DNA of 64,000 nt from Eledone cirrhosa. Lineage: Eukaryota. The position numbers were made by a program, and so were the translations under genes. The stretch is taken from assembly GCA_964016885.1 (NCBI GenBank), contig OZ024741.1:307706001-307770000 (forward strand), in the 5' to 3' direction. The notes below the pieces were generated by a model. It ran no database searches. It was not told the origin of the DNA and saw only the letters and a program-made list of their open reading frames with translations. Positions 43,066 through 58,262 of this stretch are shown here, piece by piece (the first letter of the stretch is position 1; each line of letters begins with the position of its first letter).

Positions 43066-43791
43066 ATGTTCTTGTTGCTGATACTGCTGTTGCTGTTTTT
43101 AACTTTTTGCTGTTTACGTTGTTTTTGTAGGAGTAGATGACGGTGGCTGTGGTGTTAGTGGTTCTGATGGTAGTAGTGGTGGTGGTGATGCTTATACTTT
43201 CTTGTTTCCTTTTTACAAACTACGTCTACCTTTGATCTCAAGTATATACATAATATAATCAGTGGAGGAAAAAAAATGGACGTTTTTCAGCCTGGTCTAT
43301 GGTCCTTAAAGAGCAGAGATGTCTTGCATGTTATTTGTGACTGTGTGCGCGTAGGATTGTGTGTAAGTGTGATTGCTGTGTGTGCCTATGTTTTAGTGTG
43401 TGTCTATGTGCGTGTGCATCAGTATGTGTCATAAAGCTAGTTAGTGTACTGACATTGCTAATAGGAGTCGTTGTTGCTGATGCGATGATATGATCCGAGT
43501 TCAAATCTTCTCTAGTCGTTTCCCGTTTTCTCTCTCCCTACCTCCATCTATCTCTCTCTCTCTCTATATATATATATACATACACATATACTTAAGAATG
43601 TATATATCTACACACACAAGCCTATATATATATAAGGTATATAATTAGCTGCTTCTTCTCTCAACCTGTGTACGACATACATTAAAAAAACATTGAATGT
43701 TGAATTCATAGTGCTTAGAGTAAAACATATTAATAGTGACTGTTTAACTCGAGGCTTTGCTTGCAAAACATTCGACTATACACACACAGAG

Positions 43792-43885
<94 letters not shown>

Positions 43886-44228
43886 GCACGCGCACACGCA
43901 CACACATACACCCTTTTTCTCTCTCTTCCTCTCTCTCTATATATAAACTTCAGTCGTCACCGTATATGATTTCATAGTATTCACCAAACTTTTGCTAAGG
44001 GTTTCAGGTAGCCATGCAGTCGTAAGCACATACGGGCAACCTCTCAACACTCCCTCCTCCGATTTACTGGAACACCTAGAATGTGACAGTTGGAATGGTA
44101 AAGGGTGTACAAACTCTGTGATGGTAATTTCACCAACCCTGCAACGGTGGAAGGCAAGGTGGAACTCAATGGCATTTGATCTCAGAACACAGAGATCCGT
44201 AACAAATATCCTACGCTCTGGCGAACTT

Positions 44229-44313
<85 letters not shown>

Positions 44314-44331
44314 ATATAGAAATAGCTTCTA

Positions 44332-44377
44332 CGGGACTTGAACTGTTTCATTCGGAAGAAATCATCAGGAGAGCCCT
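44332..44377 (-). ncRNA. Minimal hammerhead motif (stems I and III imperfect) in TA-flanked insert
   Basis: Minus: gggctctc-CTGATGA-tttc ttcc gaat-GAAA-cagttc-aagtccc. Confidence 0.5.
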
Positions 44378-44619
44378 CGATTGAACTCGGGATAAACATA
44401 TCTTTCTATATATATATATTTATGTGTTTGTGGCTTACGGAAGCTGTCTGTCGCAGTGATCACATCGTTCGACAGACCACCTCTGTATCAATTCTATGTT
44501 TATATTAAACCCTTTATATTATTTACAACGACTATCTTACAGCATTGTCTGATGACAAAAGCCGCTGGCCATACCAATTCTTATTGTATAAGTATGCAAC
44601 ATTAAAGGAATATATTGGA

Positions 44620-44868
44620 ATTCGATTTGCACCTAGAAAGTTTCCCTCCGAGGCACATGTCTGGGCATGGTTGTTTGAGGAAGACCAAGGGAAAAGCTAT
44701 GGCCGATACAGTTTGGCACCAGTGACGTCGCCGCTCATTTCTACAGCTGAGTAGACTGGAGCAATGTGAAATAAAGTGTCTTGCTCAAGGAAACAACGCA
44801 TCACCCGGTCCGAGAATCGAACTCACAACCTTGCGATTGCAAGCACAATGATCTAACCACTAAGCCTT
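44620..44868 (-). mobile_element. Third tRNA-derived SINE family
   Basis: Minus: ggcttagtggttaga (A box), gagttcgattctc (B box), ccttgagcaagacactttatttcacattgctccagt. Confidence 0.75.
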
Positions 44869-44895
44869 CTATATATATATAATATATATATATAG

Positions 44896-45018
<123 letters not shown>

Positions 45019-45327
45019 TGTGAGTGTGTGTGTGTGTGAGCATGTGTATGTTTGTATGTGTGTGTATGGGTGTATTTACACACACACAATTAATCTTGAA
45101 TATTAAGTTCGATATATTTCAAGCTCTACAGGTAAGAATCAGATATCCCGGCACCATGTGGGTAACCAAGAGGGTGGCTCAGCAGCCGATCCGTGGTGTA
45201 AATCGTACTAGATGATTCGAGCAAGCGATAGTAACATTTATGATACATATGCACGCATAACATTACCTACTGCTAATTTCAATATCATTAACAACGCCAC
45301 CATAAGAAAGAACCACTATAGTAAATA

Positions 45328-46048
45328 ATAGTTTCTGGTTTCGGCAAAAGATCAACAATTTTGAGGGAGGTTACGTCGTTTAAATCTACCCCAGTGCATT
45401 ACTGGTACTTTATTTTATCGACCTTCCGTAATAATGGTTTCTTATATAGGCACAAGGCCAGCAATTTTGGAGGAGGGGAAAGTCGATTAAATCGACCCCA
45501 GTTCGTGACTGGTACTTTATTTTATCGACTCCGTAAGGATGAAAGACAAAGTTAACCTCGGCGGGATTTGAACTCAGAATGGCAAGGGCCGTAACTCTAT
45601 GCGTCAAAGTATGGCGTCCGACCCTCTACCGATACTGCCAATCCACCGCCTTTCCAATAATAATTGTTTCTATTTTAGGCACAAGGCCAGCAAATACCCA
45701 GTACATTACTGGTACTTTATTTTATCGACCCCGTAAGGATGAAAGGCAAAGTTAACCTCGGCGAGATTTGAACTCAGATCATAAAGGGACGTAACTCTAT
45801 GCTTCAAAGCATGGTGTTCGACTCTCTACCGATACTGCCAATCCACCGCCTTTCCAATAATAATGATTTCTGATTTAGGATCAAGGCCATTTATATTTGG
45901 GAAGGGAAAATTCGATTAAATCGACCGCAGTGCGAAACCGATGCCTCATTGTATCGACTCTCCATAAAGATGAAAAGCAAAGCTAACCTGGGCGGGGTTT
46001 GAACTCAGTACGTAAAGGGCTGTAACCGCTACCGCCAATCCACCGCCC
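45328..46048 (-). mobile_element. Head-to-tail array of about four Nin-domain SINEs
   Basis: Units end at ~45425, 45650, 45850 and 46048; the spacer ccgcctttccaataataat is identical between units 2 and 3. Confidence 0.85.
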
Positions 46049-46615
46049 TACAATTGTACATAAATGTTTCTTCTAATAAATTCTAAAAAATAACTATTTA
46101 CGAAACGTGATAATTATTATAATAGGTAATGAATGTAATAAATGTAAGTAATTGTAAATGTAATTAGTTAATTAAAGAATAAAAAAAATAGATGAATTAT
46201 AAAAGGTAAATAAATTCTAAAAAGTAAATAGATAAAATATGCAAAAGTTTATAAATGTTTATAAAGTATCTGGTTACGGAAAGGGAATAATTATAATTAT
46301 ATTATTAGTAATTAGTTAAAAAGGCAAGAAAAGAAATACGTATTGTGTATTTATGCAACATTAAAGGAATATATGGGAATCTGGCCTTATTTTTTCATAT
46401 TTAACTCCATTCCTGCGCCAACCACAAGATACCAAATCTATCGTGGTTGATATTCACAATATTGAGTGCTTTTCCTTGTGTATCACGGTCTGCTAATGGG
46501 AATGACAATATCTTCAATATCTTCCCACTAGTTAAAACGTGCAACATAAACGGTATATATATATATATATATATACACAAACGCGCGCACACACACACGC
46601 ACACATACGCACACG

Positions 46616-46697
<82 letters not shown>

Positions 46698-47142
46698 TAG
46701 AGAGAGAGAGATGTAAAATCCCGACCGCGGTACCAAGCGGTTTCGGCTTGTGTGTGTGTGCGTGTGTGTCTGTGTAAAAGAAGTTCAAAATACAATTAGA
46801 GTCTTTACAGTTTATTTACAATAATTTACAACTTTACTGGTTTCACAAGTTTCATGATTTTCAAAAGTTAAGAGAAATGTGCAGATATGCCAAGTAGTAA
46901 TTCGCATCTAACTGATGTTGGGAATTTCTTTCACCATCTTGCCGTAACTGATGCACCCAGTTGCTGGTGTACCATTATTGATGATATAGTATTTAATAAT
47001 CGTGACTGATCTCTGTCTTCTGCCATACACAAACGTGTCACAGTATTGAGACTTGTCCTATCCTTGTTATTTTCGAACTAAGATTTTTTTTGTCTGCCAC
47101 TTGTTCATCCTCGTTACAAGAGGGAGAGTAGAGAGAGGGGGG

Positions 47143-47184
<42 letters not shown>

Positions 47185-47589
47185 AGAGAGAGTGATACAT
47201 ACATGAATACATACACACATAGACACATACATATATACATAATACATACATGAATACATACACACATAGACACATACATATATACATAATACATACATGA
47301 ATACATATATACGTATATATATATATATATACATAATACATACATACATACATACATACATACATACATACATACATACATACATACATACATACATACA
47401 TACATACATACATTCTGTTTTCTTCTCTTGTACTTCTTTGTTTACATGTTGACTAATTATGGCGTGGAGGTTAACTCACTTGTCCGGCATCCGGGTTATG
47501 CGTGATGCAATTCCTCTCAGTCACCTCTGTCTTCTGTTTTCTGTCTCCTGTAGTACTTTACTTGATTATCGCAACTATTGTTAACGACT

Positions 47590-47775
47590 ATTTGGCAGCA
47601 TTGGTAGAGGGTCCGACACCATGCTTAGCAGCATAGAGTTACGGCTCTTTATGATCTGAGTTCCTATCCCGCCAAGGTTAACTTTGCCTCTCATCCTTAC
47701 GGGGTCGATTAAATAAAGTATCAGTAATACACTGGGGTAATTGCTGGCCTTCTGCCAAAAGTAGAACCAATTATT
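47590..47775 (+). mobile_element. Nin-domain SINE
   Basis: Head, core and tail present. Confidence 0.85.
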
Positions 47776-48390
47776 ATTGCCATTTTAATTGGGACACATA
47801 TGTTTCAAATATTATGTATTGGTTATTAATTGTTCGATTTTATATTGAAAACCAACCGTTGTGTATATATACATATTTGGGACTGGTTGAGACCTATTGT
47901 TGGCGTGAATTCCAGTTTTTGAATTCTACACAACAGTAAGTGTTTTTTGCAAATAGAGGTCTTATTTTTACGCGGCACCTCTTATGACAGTATTGTATTG
48001 CTAGATTGAGCATGCTACCATTCTTTGCAATTGTGTTCACTTTAAACAGCAAAATGTTGATTGAGATAGACAGTCTGCTGAAGACACGCACCAGCCCAAA
48101 TTAAGTGATATTTGCTGATATTACGCAATTCTCTGCTTATAACACTTTTAATAACTGTTATAGACTTGTAGCTTAATTGCTAAAAATTAATGTTTTGTCT
48201 CTCCACTGGCCGACGTTTGACTTGCGTCAGACGCTGAGACCCCAGGTGGGTCAGCAGTACCGTTGGTAGGGCTTGAAACTGCCAAAGTTCACCTCTACGG
48301 TCAATGACCCTAGAGTTCAGTGTCCTTAAGTTTTCACCTTAAAAAATGTTTTTTTTGTTCGTTGCTCTGTCCTCTCTGTTATTATTCTTA

Positions 48391-48582
48391 AGGCGGTGGA
48401 TTGGCAGTATCGGTAGAGAGTCGGACGCCATGCTTTCCAGCATAGTTACGTCCCTTTACGGTCTGAGTTCAAATCCCGCCGAGGTTCACTTTGCCTTTCA
48501 TCCTTACGGGGTCGATAAAATAGAGTACCAGTAATGTACTGAGTAATTGCTGGCCTTGTGCCAAAAGTAGAAACAGTTATTA
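48391..48582 (+). mobile_element. Nin-domain SINE, near consensus
   Basis: ggcggtggattggcagtatcggtaga..gagttcaaatcccgccgagg..gtcgataaaatagagtaccag. Confidence 0.9.
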
Positions 48583-48588
48583 TTCTTA

Positions 48589-48642
<54 letters not shown>

Positions 48643-48658
48643 TCTCCGAGTGAAAAGA

Positions 48659-48745
48659 ACCTTCTGACGAGAGTTTATCTTTTCAATGGAAGCCCGTAAG
48701 GACTGTACATTTATTTTTGAGACTCGAAACCGATTCGGTAAAGGT
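48659..48745 (+). ncRNA. Intact type I hammerhead with monomeric stem III and large loop 2
   Basis: ACCTT-CTGACGA-GAGTTT..AGACTC-GAAA-CCG att CGG-T-A|AAGGT, in TA-flanked element ~48640-49092. Confidence 0.82.
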
Positions 48746-49033
48746 AACCATAGTAAGTAGAGTGAATTTTTAGAAATTTATTTTGAAACTTTTTCTTATT
48801 TGCTAAACCTTCATTATATATATATATCACATATTTTTTTATTTGTTTTACCCGAATTACTTGGTCGTTTCTATGGTTGTGCGGATGACGGTTTAACCAT
48901 CGTCTCAGTGTGTTTGGCCTTTAACGTACGTTGTAACCCTGGGTCGTCAGAATTATTGAGCGCTTGCCACACATCTCGGAAGTTGTTTTTCGCTAATTCC
49001 AAAGCCGAAATACGATTCTCGCTAATTTATATT

Positions 49034-49067
<34 letters not shown>

Positions 49068-49091
49068 AATAAAATGTAGAGTTAATAACTC

Positions 49092-49183
<92 letters not shown>

Positions 49184-49231
49184 TAGTCTGGGCACATTGA
49201 TATATTTGTCAACGAAACTATATATATATAT

Positions 49232-49518
<287 letters not shown>

Positions 49519-49594
49519 ATATATCCATAGACACACAGACACATGTATATATACATTCTTACATACATACATACATACATACATAGATACATAC

Positions 49595-49626
<32 letters not shown>

Positions 49627-49882
49627 TCAACAACCTCTCTTTCCCTCTGTTTCTTATTACTTCTTCACTCCCTCCCCCCTTCAAGTCGTAGCACTTATTA
49701 ATTTAAGAAATCATTATTCTGCTTTGTGTTTCCCTTTCTTTTAAAATTAATTAAAAGATTTATAAAATTGATTTGTATTTTTTTTTCTTTTTCTTTGAAT
49801 AGGCTGATCGATTAGTTCAAATTTCGATGTGTTCGATATCTGGAAAATAACTAAACTAAACAAAATACATGCTTTCTCTGTG

Positions 49883-49946
<64 letters not shown>

Positions 49947-50070
49947 ACATACGCACACACACACATACACATATACACACACATATACAATATGCACACA
50001 CAATCACATTAACACACGCTCATGCCCACACATACACCTATATATATATATATGCATAGACATATATATG

Positions 50071-50138
<68 letters not shown>

Positions 50139-50394
50139 AATACATATCGAAGAAAAAAAAACCAAGAGATTAGAAGACCTTTTAATTTATATTTTTTTAT
50201 TATTCTTTTTTTTTCCAATCGATATGTTTGTGAGTTCAATTCCCGATAAATGACGTCTAAATCAAACAAAAATAAAAGAAAAACAACTATCTTAAAGCTA
50301 GCTGCTAATGATTACATTTCTTGTTTTCGTTTTCTTTCTGTATTGTAGTGAATGACAGTGTTGCAGTTGTTATTGTTGTTGATGTGCTGGAGGT

Positions 50395-50906
50395 TGTGGT
50401 GGTGGTGGTGGTGGTGATGTTGGTGATGGTGATGGTGATGTTGGTGATGGTGGTGGTGGTAGTGGTAGTGGTGGTGGCGATGGCGGTGGTGGTGATGTTG
50501 GTGATGGTGGTGATGGTGGTGGTGGTGACGGTGATGATGTTGGTGATGGTGGTGACGGTGGTGGTGATGGTGGTGGCGGTGGTGGCTTTGGTGGTGGTGG
50601 TGGTGGTGATGGTGGTGATGGTGATGGTGGTGGCGATGGTGGTGGCGGTGGTGGCTTTGGTGGTGGTGGTGGTGATGGTGGTGATGGTGATGGTGGTGGT
50701 GGTGACTTTGGTGGTGGTACTATTTAGTAGTGGTGCTATTTGGTGGTGGTGTTTAGTGGTGTTTAGTGGTGTTCCTGGTGGCTGTGAAAAGTCAGAGTGT
50801 AGCTGTTGTTGTCGTGGTGGTGGTATGGCGGTGGCGTCGATGAAGATGGTAGAGGTGTCAACTGTGGTGGTGGTGGTTATGGGTGCTGAAAAAAAAGTAA
50901 TAGTGC

Positions 50907-50971
<65 letters not shown>

Positions 50972-50989
50972 CTGGTAGTACTAGTAGTG

Positions 50990-51025
<36 letters not shown>

Positions 51026-51059
51026 CTGGTAGTACTAGTAGTGGTAGTAGTAGTAGTAC

Positions 51060-51095
<36 letters not shown>
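50395..51095. repeat. (GGT/GAT)n and (GTA)n low-complexity tract
   Basis: Direct reading. Confidence 0.95.
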
Positions 51096-51097
<2 letters not shown>

Positions 51098-53859
51098 CAA
51101 TGCTATACGGACCAAAGAGAACCTCTATGGGGTTCCTCGACCTAACAGTAGTAGTAGTGTTCGATTGCCGAGTGGTCCCCTTGCAGTGTGGTTGGTTTTG
51201 TTAGTGTTGTTATAGTACTAGTGGTACTGCCGATGCTGTCTATGGTAATACTAGTTGTAACGGGAGTCGAAGAGTTACCATAGTGATAAAAGTGCGGTGG
51301 TTCTGGTGATGGTTGCGATGGTGGCGAACGATTTTTTTTTGTGTGAATTTGTGTATGAGCACGATCATGTGTAATTGTGGCTTTTTGCATGCTTGTGTGT
51401 GTGTGTGTGTGTGTGTATGTAAGAATGTGTGTGTGTGTGTGTGTGTGTGAGTGTGTGTATGTGTGTGTGTGAGTGTGTGTGTGTGTGTGAGTGTGTGTGT
51501 CGCATTAGTTTCTGGTAATGATCAGAGAACGGATGAAGGAGACGAAAAGTAAGAACAAAATGCGAGAAGTAAGAGGTTGTGAAAGAAGGGAAGAGAAAAC
51601 AGTAGGGGAATAATAATAATAATGATGATGATGATGATAAAGAAGAATAAGAAGAAGAAGAAAAAGAAGAAGAAGAAGAAGAAGAAGAAGAAGAAGAAGA
51701 AGAAGAAGAAGAAGAAGAAGAAGAAGAAGAAGAAGAAGAAGAAAGGCGAAGATGAAGAAGATAGTAATAGCAATTATATATAAAAAGAAAATAATAATGG
51801 GATAACAGTGACCAGTTCCGATGATGGCCCAAAAATCAACAATAAAAACCAACAAAACATAATTGAAACAATATTTTAGAAAATAAAAGCTACAAGAAAA
51901 ATATAAACGATAACAGCGACGGCGACGGCGACGACAATAACAACAACAACAACAACAACATCAACATTAACATTAACCTCTGTGATGAATATTAATGTTA
52001 ACGAAGGAACATTTGGTTTGTAAAGATGTCGATCGAAGAAGATAAATTAGGCTAAATTACACTTTGAATTGATGTGTAGTGGTGGGGGTGGGTGGGGGGG
52101 TTTTAGGCAAGAGGGGGGTTGTTTGGTCATAACTAAGCAGAAATTTCGCGAAGATGGTGGAGAAGAAGTAAAAAAAAAATACAAGACTGGGGAAAAAAAT
52201 GGATGTATGAATGTGTGTGTGTGTTTTTTTATTTGTGTGATTGTGTGTGTTTCATAGAGAGAGAGAGAGATGGTGGGTTGGAGGGAGAGGGGGTGCTGCA
52301 AAAAGAAAGGCGGTGTGATAGAGCATGAATTTCAAGAAATGTGGTTGGGAAAAATGAGAAGAGCTGTCGTTTAACCGCAGGTTATTCCAGATTGACCGGA
52401 CCAATGATCAAAGGCATTCTAGGCGCGACCATCCCAGCTTTTTCTTTTCAAGTCAGTGTGTAACTAGCAATAAATAATTCAATACTAGCAGTATTACCCG
52501 GTCTTTCCTAGGTTTATTAATCCCTGATAAATAAATATAAACACATAAATTCCATATATTTTGGATTAATTGCTCTTCGAAATCTAGACAGCTTTCAGTT
52601 GATCCGAGATTATTGAGCCCCTCGGAATTGTTTAATCCAAGCAATTCAGAAAAGGATTCAAGTTGAGCTGCATAAACATACACAACAGTATTAAACAAAC
52701 AAATATGAATAGAACTTAAGATACAACACCATACAAAGTTTGAGGAAATATTATAGTCAACTATATTGATCCAGTACTACATTGGAACTTTATTTTATGT
52801 ACTCTGGAATGGATAAAAGCAAAATGCATATTAGTAAACTTTGAACATAACGTAAAAGGTAGTAACTGTCCAACTTAAGACATTTTATCCATTGCTCTAT
52901 TGATTTTGTTAATCAACGTAATTATTATAACACTTTCTTTATTTGAATACTATGTGATAAATTTATAAAAGGGATATGAGATTGTGTGATGTTCATGCAT
53001 AGAAGCAATACATCCGAAATCATAGACACACAGGCAAGGAAATAAATACGTTTATATATGTACACACATACAAACAAACACATACAGGATCACATACATA
53101 TCCACCACGCGCATGCATTTAAATGCACTCACACACACAGATGTAAATGCGTAACTACACACACGCACGCAGATACGTACTCACACACACACACACACAT
53201 ACACACACCCCGCACACACAAATACCCAGTCAATCATACACACAAAGAAATGGCCAAACACACACTCACACACACACACAGAAAGACGTAAATACGCGTA
53301 ACTACATATAATCACCCACATATATTCACTGATATGCAGACATACGCATGTACACATACACATACATACACACATGTTCACACATATGCAGAAATACGAA
53401 CTGAATCACAGACTGAATCACACGGAAACATATACACATGCAAAGTGAAAAACACATGCAGCTACACATACACCCACACATGTACACACATCTGAAGACT
53501 TTAAAGACTATTTTAGTGATCTCTGAAATCTTCGATAACTAAAAGATAACTACCCAGGGACGCCACCCTCACCAACACACTAAAACATTTTTAAAAAGAA
53601 AAGATCAGAAAAAAATAAAAGAAAACAAAGCAGAAGAGAAACAAAAACAGAATCAATCAGATAACGACCGCCATTATAACAACCACCAACACCTCCACCT
53701 CCATCATTAACAACGACACGACTAACACAACCACCAACAACAACAACAACATCAACAACACCATTAGCAACGATACAACTGCTGCCACCAACGACAGCAC
53801 CCTTAACAACAATACAGACACAACCGCCACCATTACCGCTGTCATTAACTACCTCAAGA

Positions 53860-56010
53860 CCACTACCACCAAGACTACTACCACCAAGACCACTACCACC
53901 AACACTACTACCATGAACAACAACACCACCACTACCACCAACACCACTACCACCAACAACAACACTACCACTACCACCAGCACTACTACCATGAACAACA
54001 ACACCACCACTACCACCAACACTACTACCATGAACAACAACACCACCACTACCACCAACACTACTATCATGAACAACAACACCACAACTACCACCAACAC
54101 TACTACCACAAACACTACTACTATGAACAACGACCACTACCACCAACAATACTACCACCAAGACCACTACCACCAACACTACCACCACCAAGATCACTAC
54201 CACCAACACCACTACCACCAACAACAACACTACCACTACCACCAACACCACTACCACCAACACCACTACCACCAACAACAATACCACCACTACCACCAAC
54301 ACCACTACCACCAACAACAACACCACCGCTACCAACACCACCACTACCATGAACAACAACACCACCACTACCACCAGCAACAACACCACCACTACCATGA
54401 ACAACAACACCACCACTACCACCAACACTACTACCATGAACAACAACACCACCACTACCACCAACACTACTATCATGAACAACAACACCACAACTACCAC
54501 CAACACTACTACCACAAACACTACTACTATGAACAACGACCACTACCACCAACAATACTACCACCAAGACCACTACCACCAACACTACCACCACCAAGAT
54601 CACTACCACCAACACCACTACCACCAACAACAACACTACCACTACCACCAACACCACTACCACCAACACCACTACCACCACTACCACCAACACCACTACC
54701 ACCAACAACAACACCACCGCTACCAACACCACCACTACCATGAACAACAACACCACCACTACCACCAACACCACTACCACCAACAACACCACCACTACCA
54801 CCAACAACAACACCACCACTACCACCAACACCACTACCACCAACAACAACACTACCACTACCACCAACACCACCACTACCACCAGCAACAACACCACCAC
54901 TACCATGAACAACAACACTACCACTACCATCAACACCACTACCACCAACAACAACACCACTACCATCAACACCACTACCACCAACAACAACACTACCACT
55001 ACCATCAACACCACTACCACCAACAACAACACCACTACCATCAACACCACTACCACCAACAACACCACTACCACTACCATCAACACCACTACCACCAACA
55101 ACAACACTACCACTACCATCAACACCACTACCACCAACAACACCACTACCACTACCATCAACACCACTACCACCAACAACAACACTACCACTACCATCAA
55201 CACCACTACCACCAACAACAACACCACCACTACCACCAACACCACTACCACCAACAACAACACCACCACTACCACCAACACTACTACCATGAACAACAAC
55301 ACCACCACTACCACCAACACCACTACCACCAACAACAACACCACCACTACCACCAACACCACTACCACGAACAACAACACTACCACCAACACCACTACCA
55401 CGAACAACAACACTACCACTACCACCAACACCACTACCATGAACAACAACACTACCACCAACACTACTACCAGGACAACACAACCACTACCATCAACACC
55501 ACTACCACCAACAACACCACCAACAACACAACCACCAACAACAACACCACCACTACCACCAACACCACTACCACCAACAACACCACTACCACTACCATCA
55601 ACACCACTACCACCAACAACAACACCACCACTACCACCAACACCACTACCACCAACAACACCACTACCACTACCATCAACACCACTACCACCAACAACAA
55701 CACCACCACTACCACCAACACCACTACCACGAACAACAACACTACCACTACCACCAACACCACTACCACGAACAACAACACTACCACTACCACCAACACC
55801 ACTACCATGAACAACAACACTACCACCAACACTACTACCAGGACAACACAACCACTACCATCAACACCACTACCACCAACAACACCACCAACAACACAAC
55901 CACCAACAACAACACCACCACTACCACCAACACCACTACCACCAACAACACCACTACCACTACCATCAACACCACTACCACCAACAACAACACCACCACT
56001 ACCACCAACT
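53860..56010. repeat. Compound (CAC/CAA/TAC)n satellite with 406-bp and 368-bp higher-order duplications
   Basis: Marker gaccactaccaccaacaatact recurs at ~54132 and ~54538; marker caggacaacacaacc recurs at ~55471 and ~55839. Confidence 0.9.
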
Positions 56011-56310
56011 ACAACAGCAATATTAGCTAACAAGAGAGTCTCTACTTGGTAGGTTGACCTGCTAGAATCTGCAACCAAATCTATCCCAAATGAAACTCTA
56101 CCCTTTTTAAAATAAATTGACTCGTTGTATGAGGTAGCCTAGGGCTCCCACTAGATAGGAAAAAGACGAGATGGTCAGGGCTAGCTTCTCTTTGATCATA
56201 GATCCGTTCGTTAAACGCTGACATGGGACTAAACAACAATAGAAATGTTTCATGCACAAGGTCAGCAATTTAAGAGAAGAGAAATGTCAAGAAGAAACAG
56301 AAGAAGAATT

Positions 56311-56367
<57 letters not shown>

Positions 56368-56401
56368 ACAGTAGCAGCAGCAGCAGCAGCAACAGCAACA
56401 A

Positions 56402-56482
<81 letters not shown>

Positions 56483-56487
56483 CAACG

Positions 56488-56559
<72 letters not shown>

Positions 56560-57124
56560 ACCGAATATTATACGAAGGACAGAAAACTTCTACGGGTTTT
56601 CGAGACCTGGTAGAAATAATAGTCATATGTCCATCAAATAGCACTCCTCCATCTTTGTAAGAGGAAGAAAACATTATATTATATACAAAAGTATGGAATG
56701 ATCATGGGTAGAATTACTTTGATCAAGTACACCTCTGTTGCATGATTGGCGACCCAGGGTTAAACAACTATGCCAAGAATAACAATAACAATAGTAAGTG
56801 TTAACTATGGCATCTGTACTTGGTCGTTATACATCGTAGAAATTACAGCCAAATCTCCCTCAAATTACATCCTATTCTTTTAAAGGAAGAACATATTTCA
56901 TAGTGTAGTCTAAAATGATGGATCCTCCGTCAGTTTCGACAATGAACATCCAATTGTTCCACTAAACGATCATTCATTTCGTGAATTAACGTTAATGCAG
57001 TTAAGTAATCCAGATACCAATACTCGTAATGTAATTCTTGAGCCAACGCAGTTTGACACAATGCAACAAAGCTGGACTTTTCCATTACAAACATAATTCA
57101 TCTTGAATAATATTATAGTCCATG

Positions 57125-57420
57125 TAAGTACCAGTAATGCACTGATACAATTGCTAGCCTTGTGCCAAAAGTAGAAACAATTATAATCTATGTGGTCAGG
57201 GCGGTGGATCGGAAGAACCGGTAGAGCCGCGGGTAACATGCTTAGCGGCACAGAGTTACGGCCCTTTACATTCCGAGTTCAAATCCCGCCGAGGTTAGCT
57301 CTGCCTTTCATTCTTACGAGGTCGATAAAATAAAGTACCAGTCACGCACTGGGGTCAATTTAATCGACTTTCCCTTCTCCCTAAAATTATTGGCCTTTAG
57401 CCTGAATCAGAAACCATTAT
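57125..57420 (+). mobile_element. Nin-domain SINE preceded by the tail of another copy
   Basis: Head at ~57200; core and tail present. Confidence 0.85.
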
Positions 57421-57698
57421 ACTCTATGTGGTTGAGTATTCCACAGACACTAAAAGTACTTTTTAAGTACCTTTAAGTAAACCTCGGGCACAATCAATGT
57501 GATACGGTTGGATCCTTGAATTACAGCTCCTACACAGTTTCCGTCAAGCAAATTTCACTCACAAGGCTTGGGTCAACTCAAAGCTATGATAAAAAGACAG
57601 TTGTTCAAGCTGCCATGCAGTGGGAATGAAACCGGGACCTTATGATTGCCAAGCCAACTTCTTAACTACTCAGCAATGTTTACATATATGTTCTAAAA

Positions 57699-57900
57699 CA
57701 GGCATGTGAAACATGCGGCCCTTTACAAGCACACTTGCGACCCGCACAAGGATTTTTACAACGCGAGCATTTTTTGTCATTGTAATATAAAATAAAATAA
57801 AAATAGATGTAATGTGCGCAATTATTTGTCGTGTGTAGCCCTCAGATAACACATATGTGACCCATGTGGCCCTCGGATGACCCTCAGTTTGACATGTCTG
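57699..57900. mobile_element. hAT (Charlie-like) MITE
   Basis: TIRs CAGGCATGTGAAAC / GTTTGACATGTCTG; 8-bp TSD TTCTAAAA/GTCTAAAG (NTCTARAN type). Confidence 0.8.
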
Positions 57901-58104
57901 GTCTAAAGCATCTATGTAGGGACCATAACTGTTATGGAGTCGTAGGGGCACCGTAGTGATATATAACATGTCTTGGACATTTTAAACCTAGCGGATGCCA
58001 TCTCTCCAGGTTTGGACACAACAGATTTCCCAAGAGAGAAAGAGAAAGAGGGAGAGCGAGAGAGAGAGAGAGGGGGGAAGTAGGGGGAGAAAGAGATATA
58101 GAGG

Positions 58105-58262
58105 TAGGATCAACCCGATTTCGGGACTGATATTTTTATCCTCTTTGAAAGAATGAAAGGCAAAGTTGACCCCGGCGAGTTTTGAACTCAGTTCGTTGAG
58201 AGCTAAACAAATAGCACAAAGCATTCTATGTGAAGTTCTAACGACTCTGCATAATCGACGCC
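58105..58262 (-). mobile_element. Nin-domain SINE, diverged
   Basis: gaatgaaaggcaaagttgaccccggcgagttttgaactcag. Confidence 0.7.

Noticed and set aside
48391-48480. tRNA genes at SINE heads
   Set aside because: A and B boxes are present, but they run into the SINE core and I could not fold a cloverleaf.
50321-51145. 274-aa poly-Val 'membrane protein'
   Set aside because: (GTG/GTA)n low-complexity sequence.
53580-56078. 567-aa and 576-aa His/Thr/Val/Gly-rich ORFs
   Set aside because: Triplet satellite open in most frames; the duplication periods shift frame; no splice or domain evidence.
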